The notes: generated by a model not told the origin, from the letters alone. DNA of 64,000 nucleotides from an uncultured virus (IMG/VR IMGVR_UViG_3300020213_000018) (IMGVR_UViG_3300020213_000018); one strand, 5' to 3'. Counted from the first letter of the stretch, positions 20,355 to 30,742 are shown. Program-made: numbers and translations.

Positions 20355-21559
20355 GCGTAAAGCCCCTCGCCTTTAGGCAGGGGATATAAGCGACTGTTTT
20401 ATTATTATATTTGAAATTAAATTATGCTAACTTATAAACGAAAATTAAAACTAAATAAACAACAAGAAAACCGACTGAATAGTTGGATTGGTGCTTGTCG
20501 TGTGGTTTATAATTTAGGTTTGGAAATTAGAATTGAAGCATATAAAAATAAGCAGATTAGCGTTTCTGCGTATGATTTAATGAAACAGCTAACCGACATC
20601 AAACATATTGATTGGATTGCGGATGTGCCTTCGCAATCACTACAAAATTCATTGGAGCGTTTGGATAAATCGTACAAAACATTTTTTAGAACTTGTAAAT
20701 CAGGCGGTGGATTTCCAAAATTCAAATCAAAAAGAAACTATAAATCAATACTTTTTAAATCGGCAGAATTAAATAATAAAAATAAAATAAAACTTCCTAA
20801 GATTGGTGAACTAAAATTTTTCAAGGACAAATCACCCATAGTAGGAAAAATAAAAACGGCACAAATAGTAATTGAACCCACAGGTTTTTTTATCTGTATT
20901 GTTTGTGATGAAGTGAGTAAAAATATATCAAACCCTAACGAGAGCCAAGTTATAGGAATAGATATGGGAGTAAATCATTTCGTTGCAGACAGCAATGATA
21001 ACTTTATTGAAAATCCAAGACATTTTTTAAAACACGAAAAAAAACTACGTATTGAAAATAGAAGTTTGTCAAGGAAAAATAAAGGAAGTTCTCGTTGGAA
21101 AAAACAGGTAAAAAAACTAAGTCTATTGCATCACACAATAGCAAATGTTAGAAAAGATTTTTTGCATAAAGAATCTACAATGTTATCTAAACAATACCAC
21201 ACGGTATATTTAGAGGATTTGAGTATAAAAAATATGTCAAAGAATAAAAATCTTTCAAAACACATATTAGATTGCGGTTGGGGAATGTTTAGAACAATGC
21301 TTGAATACAAAACAAATGTATTTGCAGTAAATCCGAAATACACAAGCCAAACCTGTAACGAATGTGGTAAAAAAGATGCAAAGAACAGATTATCACAAAG
21401 TGAGTTTGTTTGTATTAGTTGCGGTCATGTCAGTAATGCTGATACAAACGCTGCGAAAAATATTTTGAGCAAGGGCATTGCTCTCAATCGCAAAAGTAAT
21501 CCGTTAGGATATGCTTTGGTTGAAGAACCTCGTTTCCTTTAGGGACGAGAGTATGTCAG
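20346..21559 (+). mobile_element. Non-autonomous IS200/IS605-family (IS1341-like) element
   Basis: Follows TTAC; left-end hairpin CCCCTCGCC-TTTA-GGCAGGGG; right-end hairpin CTCGTTTCC-TTTA-GGGACGAG ending GTATGTCAG; removing it restores rtcB ...DPYKD*. Confidence 0.85.
20424..21542 (+). CDS. tnpB: RNA-guided endonuclease TnpB
   Basis: N-terminal HTH; RuvC residues IGIDMG, YLEDL, NADTNAA; Zn finger CNEC/CISC; YTSQTC. Confidence 0.95.
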   Translation: MLTYKRKLKLNKQQENRLNSWIGACRVVYNLGLEIRIEAYKNKQISVSAYDLMKQLTDIKHIDWIADVPSQSLQNSLERLDKSYKTFFRTCKSGGGFPKFKSKRNYKSILFKSAELNNKNKIKLPKIGELKFFKDKSPIVGKIKTAQIVIEPTGFFICIVCDEVSKNISNPNESQVIGIDMGVNHFVADSNDNFIENPRHFLKHEKKLRIENRSLSRKNKGSSRWKKQVKKLSLLHHTIANVRKDFLHKESTMLSKQYHTVYLEDLSIKNMSKNKNLSKHILDCGWGMFRTMLEYKTNVFAVNPKYTSQTCNECGKKDAKNRLSQSEFVCISCGHVSNADTNAAKNILSKGIALNRKSNPLGYALVEEPRFL

Positions 21560-21623
21560 AAAGATTAAAAAATAATCAGATGTCTAAAAATTATTGTTAA
21601 TAACTCAATTTTTTAGACGTACA

Positions 21624-21649
21624 AATTACATTTTTATAACTTATATTTG
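21624..21649 (+). promoter_or_regulatory. Bacteroidota-type -7 box with a degenerate copy of the operator palindrome
   Basis: AATTACA-TTTT-TATAACT followed by TATATTTG (21642-21649). Confidence 0.5.
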
Positions 21650-21848
21650 TTGTCCAAATAAAAATACGGTCAAAGAATTTTTTACGGAATTATTAAAAAA
21701 AACTAAAAAAATGATTAAACGTCAGGTGGAACTCACTGAATTAGTTAACGAATTACAAAAAGAAAACTTGCAGAAGAAAGATGGTAGTTTCATCTTCCTG
21801 TATTTCAATAATATAACATAATATCAATAATAATTAAAAATAAATAAA

Positions 21849-22238
21849 ATGGAAACAAAAGTAAAAAACATGATAACAAGTTACGTAAGAATCGGATGGT
21901 TTGTTTTAATAGTAATAGTTTTAGTAATGTGGGGATGTCCTAATTACAGAGTGTTCTCAGCGCAAAAAGATGGTGAGGCAATATTAGCTCATGCACAATC
22001 TAGTAGAGAAGTAGCAGTGGCAGAAGCAAAAGCTAAAATGGAAAGTTCAAGTTTATTATCACGAGCCGATACAATAAGGGCGCATGGAATAGCAAGGAGT
22101 AATAAGATTATAGGATTATCATTGACACCTTCCTATTTACATTGGTTTTGGATTGATAATATTGATAAAAGCAACAATGTTATTTATGTTCCTACTGAGG
22201 CAAATTTACCTATCTTAGAAGCGAATAGATTTAAATAA
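21849..22238 (+). CDS. Membrane protein, SPFH/band-7 C-terminal-like
   Basis: N-terminal TM helix, AEAKAK coiled coil, IYVPTEANLPILEA tail. Confidence 0.65.
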   Translation: METKVKNMITSYVRIGWFVLIVIVLVMWGCPNYRVFSAQKDGEAILAHAQSSREVAVAEAKAKMESSSLLSRADTIRAHGIARSNKIIGLSLTPSYLHWFWIDNIDKSNNVIYVPTEANLPILEANRFK

Positions 22239-22250
22239 GTAAAAAAAATA

Positions 22251-22279
22251 AAGGCGGGAGTGAAACCGCCTTTTATTTT
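22251..22279 (+). terminator. Rho-independent terminator
   Basis: AAGGCGG-GAGTGAAA-CCGCCTT followed by T-tract. Confidence 0.8.
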
Positions 22280-22426
22280 CGCTTCACACCAAAAACCAAT
22301 TTAATATGAAACACAACAGCATAACAAATTTAGGTATAACATACGGATTTCCTGAAACTTTATTCGGAATTATACTGTCGTAAATTTAGTGTCAGATTTG
22401 TAAAGTATAACAAAAACTAAAAAAAT

Positions 22427-23371
22427 ATGTTAGAAGAAATAAAAAAAGTAAAGATAACTCAATCCATGATGAAGGAGTTTTACGACTATATTCATGGCGA
22501 CCAATGCGGATTAGTATTTCACGAGAAGTATATCAAAAAAAATTATGAATTATTTCCCGCATCCCCTGCACAATCGACAGGAAATTGGTTTGAATATATG
22601 GCTATTGGTGCAACTACAAAGAGTAGCAAAGTTCCACAACCTGAAAAAACACAAAAGGGCGAATTAACCGCTCCTTATAAACGTATGCAAACACATTTAC
22701 AAAATTTTAAAAATTTCATGTCAGCATACAGTATAAAACAAATTGGAGTACAGGATAAATGGGAGGTTGGTGAAACTGTTTTAGAACTACAAGGAGATAA
22801 TGGAAATGTAATTGAATATACAGTTGATGGACTTGAAGGTACTTTAGATTTAGAGTGTCTTGCTGAGAAAGACATTACAGCAAACTTCATTGTAAAAAAT
22901 GATATTGGTAAAGTTATAAGAGTGGATAAACAAATTGCTATCCGTGCGGGTCAAAAATTTATTTTAGACATCAAGACGACGGGATTATTGGATGACCGAT
23001 TCTCTCCTTATGGATGGGACTTAAATACATTACACAATAAAGATAGAATTATCCGCCAACCTATTCATTATAAATTTTTAAGTAAATTAAAACACGGAGA
23101 GAGTTTTCCTTTCTTATTTTTATTATTCAGTCAAACAAATGATTATGATTATCGTTCAATCATATTTAATATTGATGATGATGCACAATTTGAAGAACAC
23201 AAAAGATTTATTGTGTGGACTGATAAAGGTGTAAAACTTCATCTAAAAAAAGGATTTGAAGCAAAGCCTGATTTTTTAAGATGCCAAGATTGCCCTATGA
23301 GAATTGGATGCAAATATTTTATGGCTGTTCCTGAAATCACAAATTATTTTTATCAACCACAAACAACATAA
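22427..23371 (+). CDS. PD-(D/E)xK (Cas4/RecB-like) exonuclease
   Basis: GTLD...ILDIKTTG...Q..HY; C-terminal CQDCPMRIGC; next to RecT-like gene. Confidence 0.75.
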   Translation: MLEEIKKVKITQSMMKEFYDYIHGDQCGLVFHEKYIKKNYELFPASPAQSTGNWFEYMAIGATTKSSKVPQPEKTQKGELTAPYKRMQTHLQNFKNFMSAYSIKQIGVQDKWEVGETVLELQGDNGNVIEYTVDGLEGTLDLECLAEKDITANFIVKNDIGKVIRVDKQIAIRAGQKFILDIKTTGLLDDRFSPYGWDLNTLHNKDRIIRQPIHYKFLSKLKHGESFPFLFLLFSQTNDYDYRSIIFNIDDDAQFEEHKRFIVWTDKGVKLHLKKGFEAKPDFLRCQDCPMRIGCKYFMAVPEITNYFYQPQTT

Positions 23372-23382
23372 TACAAATTAAT

Positions 23383-24720
23383 ATGAAAAATCAAAAAGAA
23401 AATTTATTTACAAGTGGATTCGATATAGAAGGTCAGGATAATAATAACAATAATATTGTTAATGAAAATAATATTAGTGATGATGATTGTCCATTCTTAC
23501 CCGACCCGCCAAAAGAAGAAGTAAAAATAAACTCAAAATCCGTTGAATCAATTTCAGTCAGTAGTGAGTTAGCAAAAGAAATTAGTGCTGATACATTTGT
23601 TTATGATGAATTTGAAAAACAAGTTAGTGAGTTGTACAAGCTATCAAAAAAGATAGCTGTAATTGATAATGATTTTGATAATCAATCCGCTCGTGATTTA
23701 GCAAAACAACTTACCTCAATAAAAACTAAAGTTGATAATTTACGTAAAGAATGGAACACCCCGCATCAAACAAAAATTGACAACAACAACGATAAGGCTA
23801 AAACGATAGTTCAACCTTTAGAAAAAGAAGTTGAACGCCTGAAACAATCCGTTACTTTTTATGAAAGTGAAAAGGAACGTAAACGATTGGAAGAAAAGAA
23901 AAAGTTAGAAGCTGAGTTAAAAGAGAAAGAAGAAAAAGAAAAAAAAGAATCTGAGCGTAAAATTAAAATACGTTCTGAGATTGACCGTTTAAGAAGTGAT
24001 GGTCAGTCAAAAGTTAATGAATGTAAGAATACTAAAGAAGTAAATGACTTAGAAGTAAAATTGAAAGGTTGGAAGTTAAAGCCTGAATTTTTCATGGAGT
24101 TTATTGACGAGGTTGAAAAAGTTAAGTCAGATATTATTGAATCGTTATCTAAACGCAAACCATTAATCATTGAACTTGAAGAAAAAAAGGCAGAAGCTGA
24201 AAAGTTACAAGGTGAACAACGTGAACAAGCTGAAAAAGAAACTAAAGCAAAGCAAGATTTAATTGATGCTGAGAACGCACGTATCTCAGAAGAAAATAAA
24301 AATAAAAAATTGCAGGAAGAAAACGATGAGCTTTCTGCGAAGCAAGATTTATTAATTATGATTGCCTCTTTTGGTATAAAATATAATGTTGAAGATTATT
24401 TAAACAGTATTATTAAAAAATACGGAAACTGTCGTCAGGCTATTTCTGAACGTGATAAGGTAGTTGAAGATTACAAACAATCATTATATGATAAATCACG
24501 AATGAATACTATTGAATCCGAAAAAGTAAAGAACGTTAGATTGACTTTTGAATTTAATATTGTTGATGAAAGTTTAATTCCACGAGAGTTTTTATCTATT
24601 GACGAAGTGAAAATAAGAAAAGCTCTTGTTGATAACCGAAAGGATTTGGAAGCTGATATTAATGGATTCAAGATTGATGGTTTAATAATTTATCCTAAGA
24701 AAAGCACCATTGCTAAATAA
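23383..24720 (+). CDS. Coiled-coil phage protein associated with the recombination module
   Basis: Long E/K coiled coil; C-terminal IPREFLSIDEVKIRKA...IDG. Confidence 0.7.
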   Translation: MKNQKENLFTSGFDIEGQDNNNNNIVNENNISDDDCPFLPDPPKEEVKINSKSVESISVSSELAKEISADTFVYDEFEKQVSELYKLSKKIAVIDNDFDNQSARDLAKQLTSIKTKVDNLRKEWNTPHQTKIDNNNDKAKTIVQPLEKEVERLKQSVTFYESEKERKRLEEKKKLEAELKEKEEKEKKESERKIKIRSEIDRLRSDGQSKVNECKNTKEVNDLEVKLKGWKLKPEFFMEFIDEVEKVKSDIIESLSKRKPLIIELEEKKAEAEKLQGEQREQAEKETKAKQDLIDAENARISEENKNKKLQEENDELSAKQDLLIMIASFGIKYNVEDYLNSIIKKYGNCRQAISERDKVVEDYKQSLYDKSRMNTIESEKVKNVRLTFEFNIVDESLIPREFLSIDEVKIRKALVDNRKDLEADINGFKIDGLIIYPKKSTIAK

Positions 24721-24830
24721 CATGAGCGAAGAAAAAACAAGTGAACTACCACCGCAGCAGAGCTGACGTGGTATTCTGACTGAAAAAATAAAAAAAAAGT
24801 AAAACTTAACTGAATAAAAAAACTAAAAAA

Positions 24831-25553
24831 ATGCATGAAAAAAAAGGAATATTAGTTCCAAAAAAATTACACGGTTTGCTACCTGAGATAAAACAGTATT
24901 CTCACGAAGATGTATTACAGATGTCTAACATATTTTATGAGAGTAAATTTCTACCTGACCATATAAAAAGCCCACAAGGAGCTTACGTAGCTATGAGATG
25001 GGCAATCGCAATCGGTTTAGACCCATTTTTAGGATTAAAAGATATTTATGTTATTGATAATATACCAACATTAAAAACGGAAGCTGCTTTAGCATTAGTA
25101 TTAAGTTCAGGATTCTGTGAGTGTATTGAGCAGTATTATGAAGGCGTGGAGGATACGGATGATTTCACAGCAATATGTAAAATTAAAAGAAAAGGTCAAA
25201 AGGAACATATTTCAAAGTTTAGTGTTAAAGATGCTAAAAACGCTAAACTTTGGATGAAAAAAACAAAAAGCGGGCAAGATACAGCTTGGGTTGGATACAG
25301 GCAACAAATGTTATTATACAGAGCGGTTGGATTTGCTTTAAGAAACATATTTCCCGATGCTCTCAGGGGTGCGAAGTTATACGAGGAAGTAATTGACTAT
25401 ACGCAATTTGAAATCGTTGAACAGACAACAGGTAGTGATGGTACAATAAACGCAACTGTTAAAAAAGCTCCCGATAAAAAGTCAGGTATGGGTAAGATTT
25501 CTTTAGATGATTTTTCGGATAATAATGATACCGATTTTGAAGAAGTGAAGTAA
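24831..25553 (+). CDS. RecT/Bet-like ssDNA annealing protein
   Basis: GLDPF...IYVI..IP; AKLW...W..Y.QQML.YRA...ALR..FPDAL.G..LYEE. Confidence 0.75.
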   Translation: MHEKKGILVPKKLHGLLPEIKQYSHEDVLQMSNIFYESKFLPDHIKSPQGAYVAMRWAIAIGLDPFLGLKDIYVIDNIPTLKTEAALALVLSSGFCECIEQYYEGVEDTDDFTAICKIKRKGQKEHISKFSVKDAKNAKLWMKKTKSGQDTAWVGYRQQMLLYRAVGFALRNIFPDALRGAKLYEEVIDYTQFEIVEQTTGSDGTINATVKKAPDKKSGMGKISLDDFSDNNDTDFEEVK

Positions 25554-25683
25554 AAATTTATTATATTTATTGCCCAACTCATTTTAAATTTTGTATAATA
25601 AAACGAAAACAAAACCTCGTAATTTATCAAGCAGAGGTAAAAATAAAAATAATTTAATAAAAAAAATGGAAGATTAGTTTATT

Positions 25684-26439
25684 ATGAAACGTTATGTAGA
25701 AATTGATAGGTGGCGGGACGATTTTTTCGTTGAACTACATCCAAATGCAAAACTTTTGCTTTCTTACTTATACGACAACTGCAATGATGCAGGATTTATT
25801 GACGTAAACTATAATATATTTTCAGCTCAGTTAAAAATGCAAAAAGATTTTATCATCACAAGTCTTAAAGCATTACAAAGTTTATTGTTAAGTGATAAAA
25901 AGAAGAAATTATTTATTATTGATTTTTTAAAACATCAAAAAAAATTACCGCTAATAAAAGGTAGTGAGGAAAATGATTGGATTATTACTAAATTAGAAAG
26001 TAATTTATCAAAGTTCAATGATGCCCCTGCAATAAAAAAGATTTTGGATTCTATTATTGACCAAAAGAAACTTGACGAAGAACAAGAAGAAGATAACAAA
26101 AATAAAAAATCAAGTAAAAAAAAAGTAAACTTTAAAGTTCCCGATTACGAAACATTCAAAGAGTATTACTTAACTCAGAAAATAAATCCTGACGAAGACG
26201 ATATAAAAGGTTTGTACGACCATTATGTTACTGTTGGTTGGGTGTACGGTAGAAACAAAACACCAATTAAAGATTGGGAATCCGCAATCAGAGGCTCAGT
26301 AAGACGAAAGGAAGAAGATAAAAAAAATAACGTTGTAGGTTCAGGATACAAAGTAAATTACAATGGTGAAAATAAAAAAAGTAGGACAGAAACTACTTTA
26401 AGTGTAGTTGAAGAATTGACAAAGAAGAAAAAGGATTAA
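25684..26439 (+). CDS. Putative replication initiation protein
   Basis: N-terminal wHTH-like region; C-terminal YDHY...GW.YG...IKDWESAIR. Confidence 0.65.
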   Translation: MKRYVEIDRWRDDFFVELHPNAKLLLSYLYDNCNDAGFIDVNYNIFSAQLKMQKDFIITSLKALQSLLLSDKKKKLFIIDFLKHQKKLPLIKGSEENDWIITKLESNLSKFNDAPAIKKILDSIIDQKKLDEEQEEDNKNKKSSKKKVNFKVPDYETFKEYYLTQKINPDEDDIKGLYDHYVTVGWVYGRNKTPIKDWESAIRGSVRRKEEDKKNNVVGSGYKVNYNGENKKSRTETTLSVVEELTKKKKD

Positions 26440-27479
26440 TGAGTAAGGAACTACAAAATACAAACCAAAATAATAATAACGGTAATTATTCATCGTTATC
26501 ATTAACTCTTATAACCAAAAATCCATTATTATATTATCCTGATTTAAGAGATATAGATGTAATTAATTCAACCTTAATCGGAAAAGAGGACAAGCAAGTT
26601 ATATTAGCTTCTTTAAATTATCCAAAAATTAGAACCATAAATATTATTCGTGGAGATGATGATACCGATAATACTGCTGAATATGATGAGTTGGTTAAAA
26701 TTATAGCCAAAGCTATTTGGGATATGGGTATCACTGAAAAATCCATGACCAAAGAAGAACAATTAGCTTTCATTCCAATAGCTATTGAAGAAATAAAAGA
26801 GTTTGATAATCTGACTATCGAAGACATACGTATTTGTTTTAAAAAAGGTTCACGAAGAAAGTATGGTGATTTTTTTCAGATGAGTATAACAACAGTTAAT
26901 TGTTGGTTGACTGCTTATGTAGAAGAAACTAAACCTTCTGCTATGCAACTATTACCTCAATTAAAAAAGATTGAAGACCGAACTGTTTTACAAATAATTA
27001 AAGACGAAAATATTATTTTAACCAACGAGCAAGTCAAAAAAAGACATGATGATTGGTTATTATTTGTGTATAAATCATTTGATGATTTTAAAATAAGTGG
27101 TAATTATAATTTTTACGATTACAATAATAAATTTTTTTACTATTGTAAAAAATTGAAATTAATTTCTCTTAATGAAAAACAACAAGCTGATATTTGGGAT
27201 AGAGCAGTTAAACAACTTAAAGATGACTACCATCCAAAGAACGCAAAAAATTTTGGTCAGAGAATTGATTTAAAGGATATGTATGATAGACTTAAACACC
27301 CTGACGAAATTGACAAGAAGAGTGAAGAATTAATTATCACCCGTGCAAAGAAAATTACAGTTATGTATTTTTTTATGAAGCTGATTAAGAATAAAAAAGA
27401 ATTAAAAGAAGTTATTGAAGGTTCAGAAAAAAAAATAAATTCAAATGGAATTAAAACCGTTACCGATAAAAAGGATTGA
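26439..27479 (+). CDS. Hypothetical replication-associated protein
   Basis: 346 aa ORF coupled (TAATG) to the initiator gene. Confidence 0.6.
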   Translation: MSKELQNTNQNNNNGNYSSLSLTLITKNPLLYYPDLRDIDVINSTLIGKEDKQVILASLNYPKIRTINIIRGDDDTDNTAEYDELVKIIAKAIWDMGITEKSMTKEEQLAFIPIAIEEIKEFDNLTIEDIRICFKKGSRRKYGDFFQMSITTVNCWLTAYVEETKPSAMQLLPQLKKIEDRTVLQIIKDENIILTNEQVKKRHDDWLLFVYKSFDDFKISGNYNFYDYNNKFFYYCKKLKLISLNEKQQADIWDRAVKQLKDDYHPKNAKNFGQRIDLKDMYDRLKHPDEIDKKSEELIITRAKKITVMYFFMKLIKNKKELKEVIEGSEKKINSNGIKTVTDKKD

Positions 27480-27855
27480 AGCTGTTTGGATTAAAGACCT
27501 TAAAAAAGATTCTAATGATATAAATATGGAAAGGTTAAAATATAAAAATAAGTTAACCTTAGTTCCTTATCGTTACGAAAAAAATTGGTTAGTTAGTGAA
27601 GATGGTAAACTGACACTTGATGTAAAAAAATATTATAGATGCCATTATTGTGAAGAATGTAATTTCACCGATAAACAAATAACAAAAGACCATAAAGACC
27701 CTCAAAGCAAAGGAGGTAAAAATAACATTAAAAACATAGTTGCAGCCTGTTTAAAATGCAATCGTGATAAAGACGATACTCCATACGATGAGTATATCAA
27801 AGTATTAAAGGCGAGAGAAAAAATTAAATTAAATAAATTAAAACTAAAAAAATAA
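27445..27855 (+). CDS. HNH endonuclease
   Basis: CHYC...TKDHKDPQSKGG.N...N...ACLKCN. Confidence 0.9.
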   Translation: MELKPLPIKRIEAVWIKDLKKDSNDINMERLKYKNKLTLVPYRYEKNWLVSEDGKLTLDVKKYYRCHYCEECNFTDKQITKDHKDPQSKGGKNNIKNIVAACLKCNRDKDDTPYDEYIKVLKAREKIKLNKLKLKK

Positions 27856-29432
27856 TGACTAAAGTTTGGTTAAATTTCATAATGAAGGACGAATCGCAAG
27901 TTCTTTTAAGAATGTTATCATCAGTAAAACATATTATTGACGGATGTGTTTGCGTAGATACAGGTTCAACCGATGACAGTAAACAAATCGTGAAGGAATT
28001 TTTTGAAAAGGAAGGAAAGCCATGTGAAATTTATGACCATCCTTTCGTTAATTTTTCTGATGCTCGGAATTTTGCATTATCAAAATTAAAAGGCAAATGC
28101 GATTATGGTTTTCTGATTGATTGTGATGAGCAATTGATAATAAATCAGTCGGTTATAATGGATATAAATTCATTTAAAGAAAGTTTAAATTTAGACTTGC
28201 ATCATATAATAGTTACTTTGGGAGAAAATAGTTTTGCAAGAAGAAACTTTTTTAAAGTAGATAAATCATTTAGGTGGATTGGTGCAGTCCACGAAATACT
28301 TGAATGTGATGAACAGATAAGTATTGGAAATGTAAGCGATATAAAAATTTTCGTTAATAGGGACGGTAATTCTTGGTCGCAGGGTGTAACACAAAAATAT
28401 CTTAAACACGCTGAAATATTATTAGCAGAAGTTGAAAAAACAAACAGTCCCCGTGATGTGTTTTATTTAGCTCAGTCATATAAAGATGCTAGTGAAAATG
28501 AAAAAGCTATTGAGTGGTATAAAAAAAGAGTTACTATGCTTAATGGTTTTTATGAAGAAAGATATTACTCACAATTCATAATTGGTATCATTTATCAAAG
28601 AATGAACAAACCATTTCAAGAAACATTAATTGAATATTTTAAATGTTCTGAATTAGATACCATGAGAGCCGAACATATATTAAACTCTATAATTTTATTA
28701 CAAAGAGAAGGATTATGGCAAACAGCATACACATTAAGTAGTGATGCCGTAGAAAGATTCCATAATAAAAATCCGTATCCTAACAGGTTATTGTTTTTAG
28801 ATGTATTTACATATACTGAAAAATTATTAAACGCACATAACCTAAATAAAAACAATTTAAAAAAATATGATAAAATAAATGGTTATGAAATAAATGACTA
28901 CTCAAACCATATTCATTTTTTTACAAAATTATTTGAATACAAGAAGTTTAAATCTGTGTTTGAATACGGATGCGGATTAGGCTCTACACCTTTTTTCTTA
29001 GACAACTGTAAAAGAGTTGTATCAGTAGAAATGCAGGAAGAAGAATGGTATAATAAAGTAAAAAAAGAATTATTATCTCATAAGCACGGAAGAAAACTAA
29101 AACTACATTGTAAAATAAGTGATGATTCTTTTAATTTTATTAAATCAGAAAACGAAATGTTTGATTTAGTTTTTGTTGATGGTATATTCAGGGGTGACTG
29201 CATCAATGTGTGTCTTGAATTAGGATACAAATACATTGTAACGCACGATACCGAAGATAAAGTGTATCCTTATGGTTGGGATAAAATTAATTTACCTGAC
29301 GGATATTTAAGATATGATTTTAAACAGTACGGTAATTGGACTACTATATTTACCGATGACATTAGATTATACAATTACTTATTTGATTGGAAAAGTTTTG
29401 ATAATGAAAATATCAAACTTAAAATTATTTAA
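27855..29432 (+). CDS. GT2 glycosyltransferase + TPR + methyltransferase fusion
   Basis: VDTGSTD, NFSDARN, IDCDE, GAVHE; TPR-like FYLAQSY; FEYGCGLGST and VFVDG. Confidence 0.85.
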   Translation: MTKVWLNFIMKDESQVLLRMLSSVKHIIDGCVCVDTGSTDDSKQIVKEFFEKEGKPCEIYDHPFVNFSDARNFALSKLKGKCDYGFLIDCDEQLIINQSVIMDINSFKESLNLDLHHIIVTLGENSFARRNFFKVDKSFRWIGAVHEILECDEQISIGNVSDIKIFVNRDGNSWSQGVTQKYLKHAEILLAEVEKTNSPRDVFYLAQSYKDASENEKAIEWYKKRVTMLNGFYEERYYSQFIIGIIYQRMNKPFQETLIEYFKCSELDTMRAEHILNSIILLQREGLWQTAYTLSSDAVERFHNKNPYPNRLLFLDVFTYTEKLLNAHNLNKNNLKKYDKINGYEINDYSNHIHFFTKLFEYKKFKSVFEYGCGLGSTPFFLDNCKRVVSVEMQEEEWYNKVKKELLSHKHGRKLKLHCKISDDSFNFIKSENEMFDLVFVDGIFRGDCINVCLELGYKYIVTHDTEDKVYPYGWDKINLPDGYLRYDFKQYGNWTTIFTDDIRLYNYLFDWKSFDNENIKLKII

Positions 29433-29433
29433 T

Positions 29434-29466
29434 AAAAAAGGTGGGAAAAATAAACCCACCTTTTTT
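29434..29466. terminator. Bidirectional terminator between the convergent arms
   Basis: AAAAAAGGTGGG-n9-CCCACCTTTTTT. Confidence 0.9.
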
Positions 29467-29532
29467 ATATAAATTAAAAAAAACCTTAAAAACAGAACAA
29501 CAATATAGAACCAAGCAAAAAATTAAAATTAA

Positions 29533-30600
29533 TTATGCAATTCTCTTTAACGATAACGCCCTGTTAACACCTGCTTCTCCACCTAGCGGTACACTTGTAA
29601 CATCTACTTCATTAGTACCACTTAAAGTTCTATTACGTAAAGTTACACTATCACCCGCAGTTAAATTTATAAGTCCATTACCTACTACAAGTAGAATATC
29701 ACCTGCTGTTGCAGAGAAATTACTTCTAAATTCGTATGCAGGTGCATTTGTTGGGAAAGCAGCATTATTAACATAAATAGCGAATTGTAAAGATGTTCCT
29801 GTGCTAGGAACACCTGCAACTTGGAAATTAAATTCATAAACACCTGTTGTCGCAACAACGAAGGCTGTACCTCCTGCTGCTGGAACTGATGTAAATCCTG
29901 TATTAGCAAATGGGGTTGCACCTAAATCAAATATAACATTGGCATTTACATTGATTGTTGTGGTACTCTGACCAACGGCATATCCGTATGCTGTAAGACT
30001 TCCTCCACCTGCACCCGTTGCTCCTGTACCTCCTGTTGCGCCTGTTGCACCTGTTGCACCATCAGTAGCCGTTGCGCCTGTTGCGCCTGTTGCGCCTGTT
30101 GCGCCTGTTCCACCACCTCCATTAATAGTTACAATTGTTTTTCCTCCTGCGTTTGTAGCTGTAACACCCGCACCTACGAAATCAATAACAGGTTGTTGAG
30201 GTAATGGTGTGCCTTGATTTTGTGCAATGATATAACCTGAACCACCTGCGCCACCTGCGCTCAGTAATGCCATCCAACCTGTATTGCTTGATGGAATTAA
30301 AATACCTGATGTACCGTTGATGTTTATAATTAATGAAGTTGCTCCATTAATTAAATCACCCTCAGCAGGGAAGAATGTAATATTGTTTGTTCCTGCTAAA
30401 TTAGAAGCATCAATAAAACGAATCGCCTCTAATTCAAGATAAGCACCTAAACTATTTTTTCTGTAATCCATTAAATCGCTTACTTTCGGTAAATAAACTT
30501 GTACCGAACCGTTAGCAGTTATAATAGTCAAGTGATATTCACCACTTACATTAAGTAGTGTTACACCTGCTTGAACTGTTCTTGATGGAAAATTACTCAT
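29533..30600 (-). CDS. Collagen-like fibre protein with BclA/C1q-like C-terminal domain
   Basis: (GAT)n repeats; GVYEFNFQV...GLINLTAGDSVTLRN. Confidence 0.8.
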   Translation of the reverse strand: MSNFPSRTVQAGVTLLNVSGEYHLTIITANGSVQVYLPKVSDLMDYRKNSLGAYLELEAIRFIDASNLAGTNNITFFPAEGDLINGATSLIININGTSGILIPSSNTGWMALLSAGGAGGSGYIIAQNQGTPLPQQPVIDFVGAGVTATNAGGKTIVTINGGGGTGATGATGATGATATDGATGATGATGGTGATGAGGGSLTAYGYAVGQSTTTINVNANVIFDLGATPFANTGFTSVPAAGGTAFVVATTGVYEFNFQVAGVPSTGTSLQFAIYVNNAAFPTNAPAYEFRSNFSATAGDILLVVGNGLINLTAGDSVTLRNRTLSGTNEVDVTSVPLGGEAGVNRALSLKRIA

Positions 30601-30648
30601 GTTATATTTTTTTATAATGATTAAATTAAATATGATGGTTTAACATTA

Positions 30649-30656
30649 CAAATATA
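30649..30656 (-). promoter_or_regulatory. Bacteroidota -7 box TATATTTG
   Basis: Intergenic, ~50 bp upstream of 30600; similar boxes at 33359, 37461/37470, 46917 (-) and 61718 (+). Confidence 0.5.
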
Positions 30657-30742
30657 AATTAAATACACATTAAAAGATATTATTTATTCGGGCATAACCT
30701 GACGTAAATTACCGTAAATGATTTACAACGTTACGGGATTAT

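Noticed and set aside
22427..23371. Cas4 as part of a CRISPR-Cas system
   Set aside because: Its position near a RecT-like gene fits a phage recombination exonuclease
24722..24830. Short ORF MSEEKTSELPPQQS as a frameshifted or read-through RecT N-terminus
   Set aside because: Stop codons intervene, and the RecT-like gene has its own leader motif and ATG; at most a remnant
29441..29921. Plus-strand 111-aa ORF and the 78-aa alternate-frame ORF
   Set aside because: Shadows of the collagen-like gene; the first starts inside the terminator
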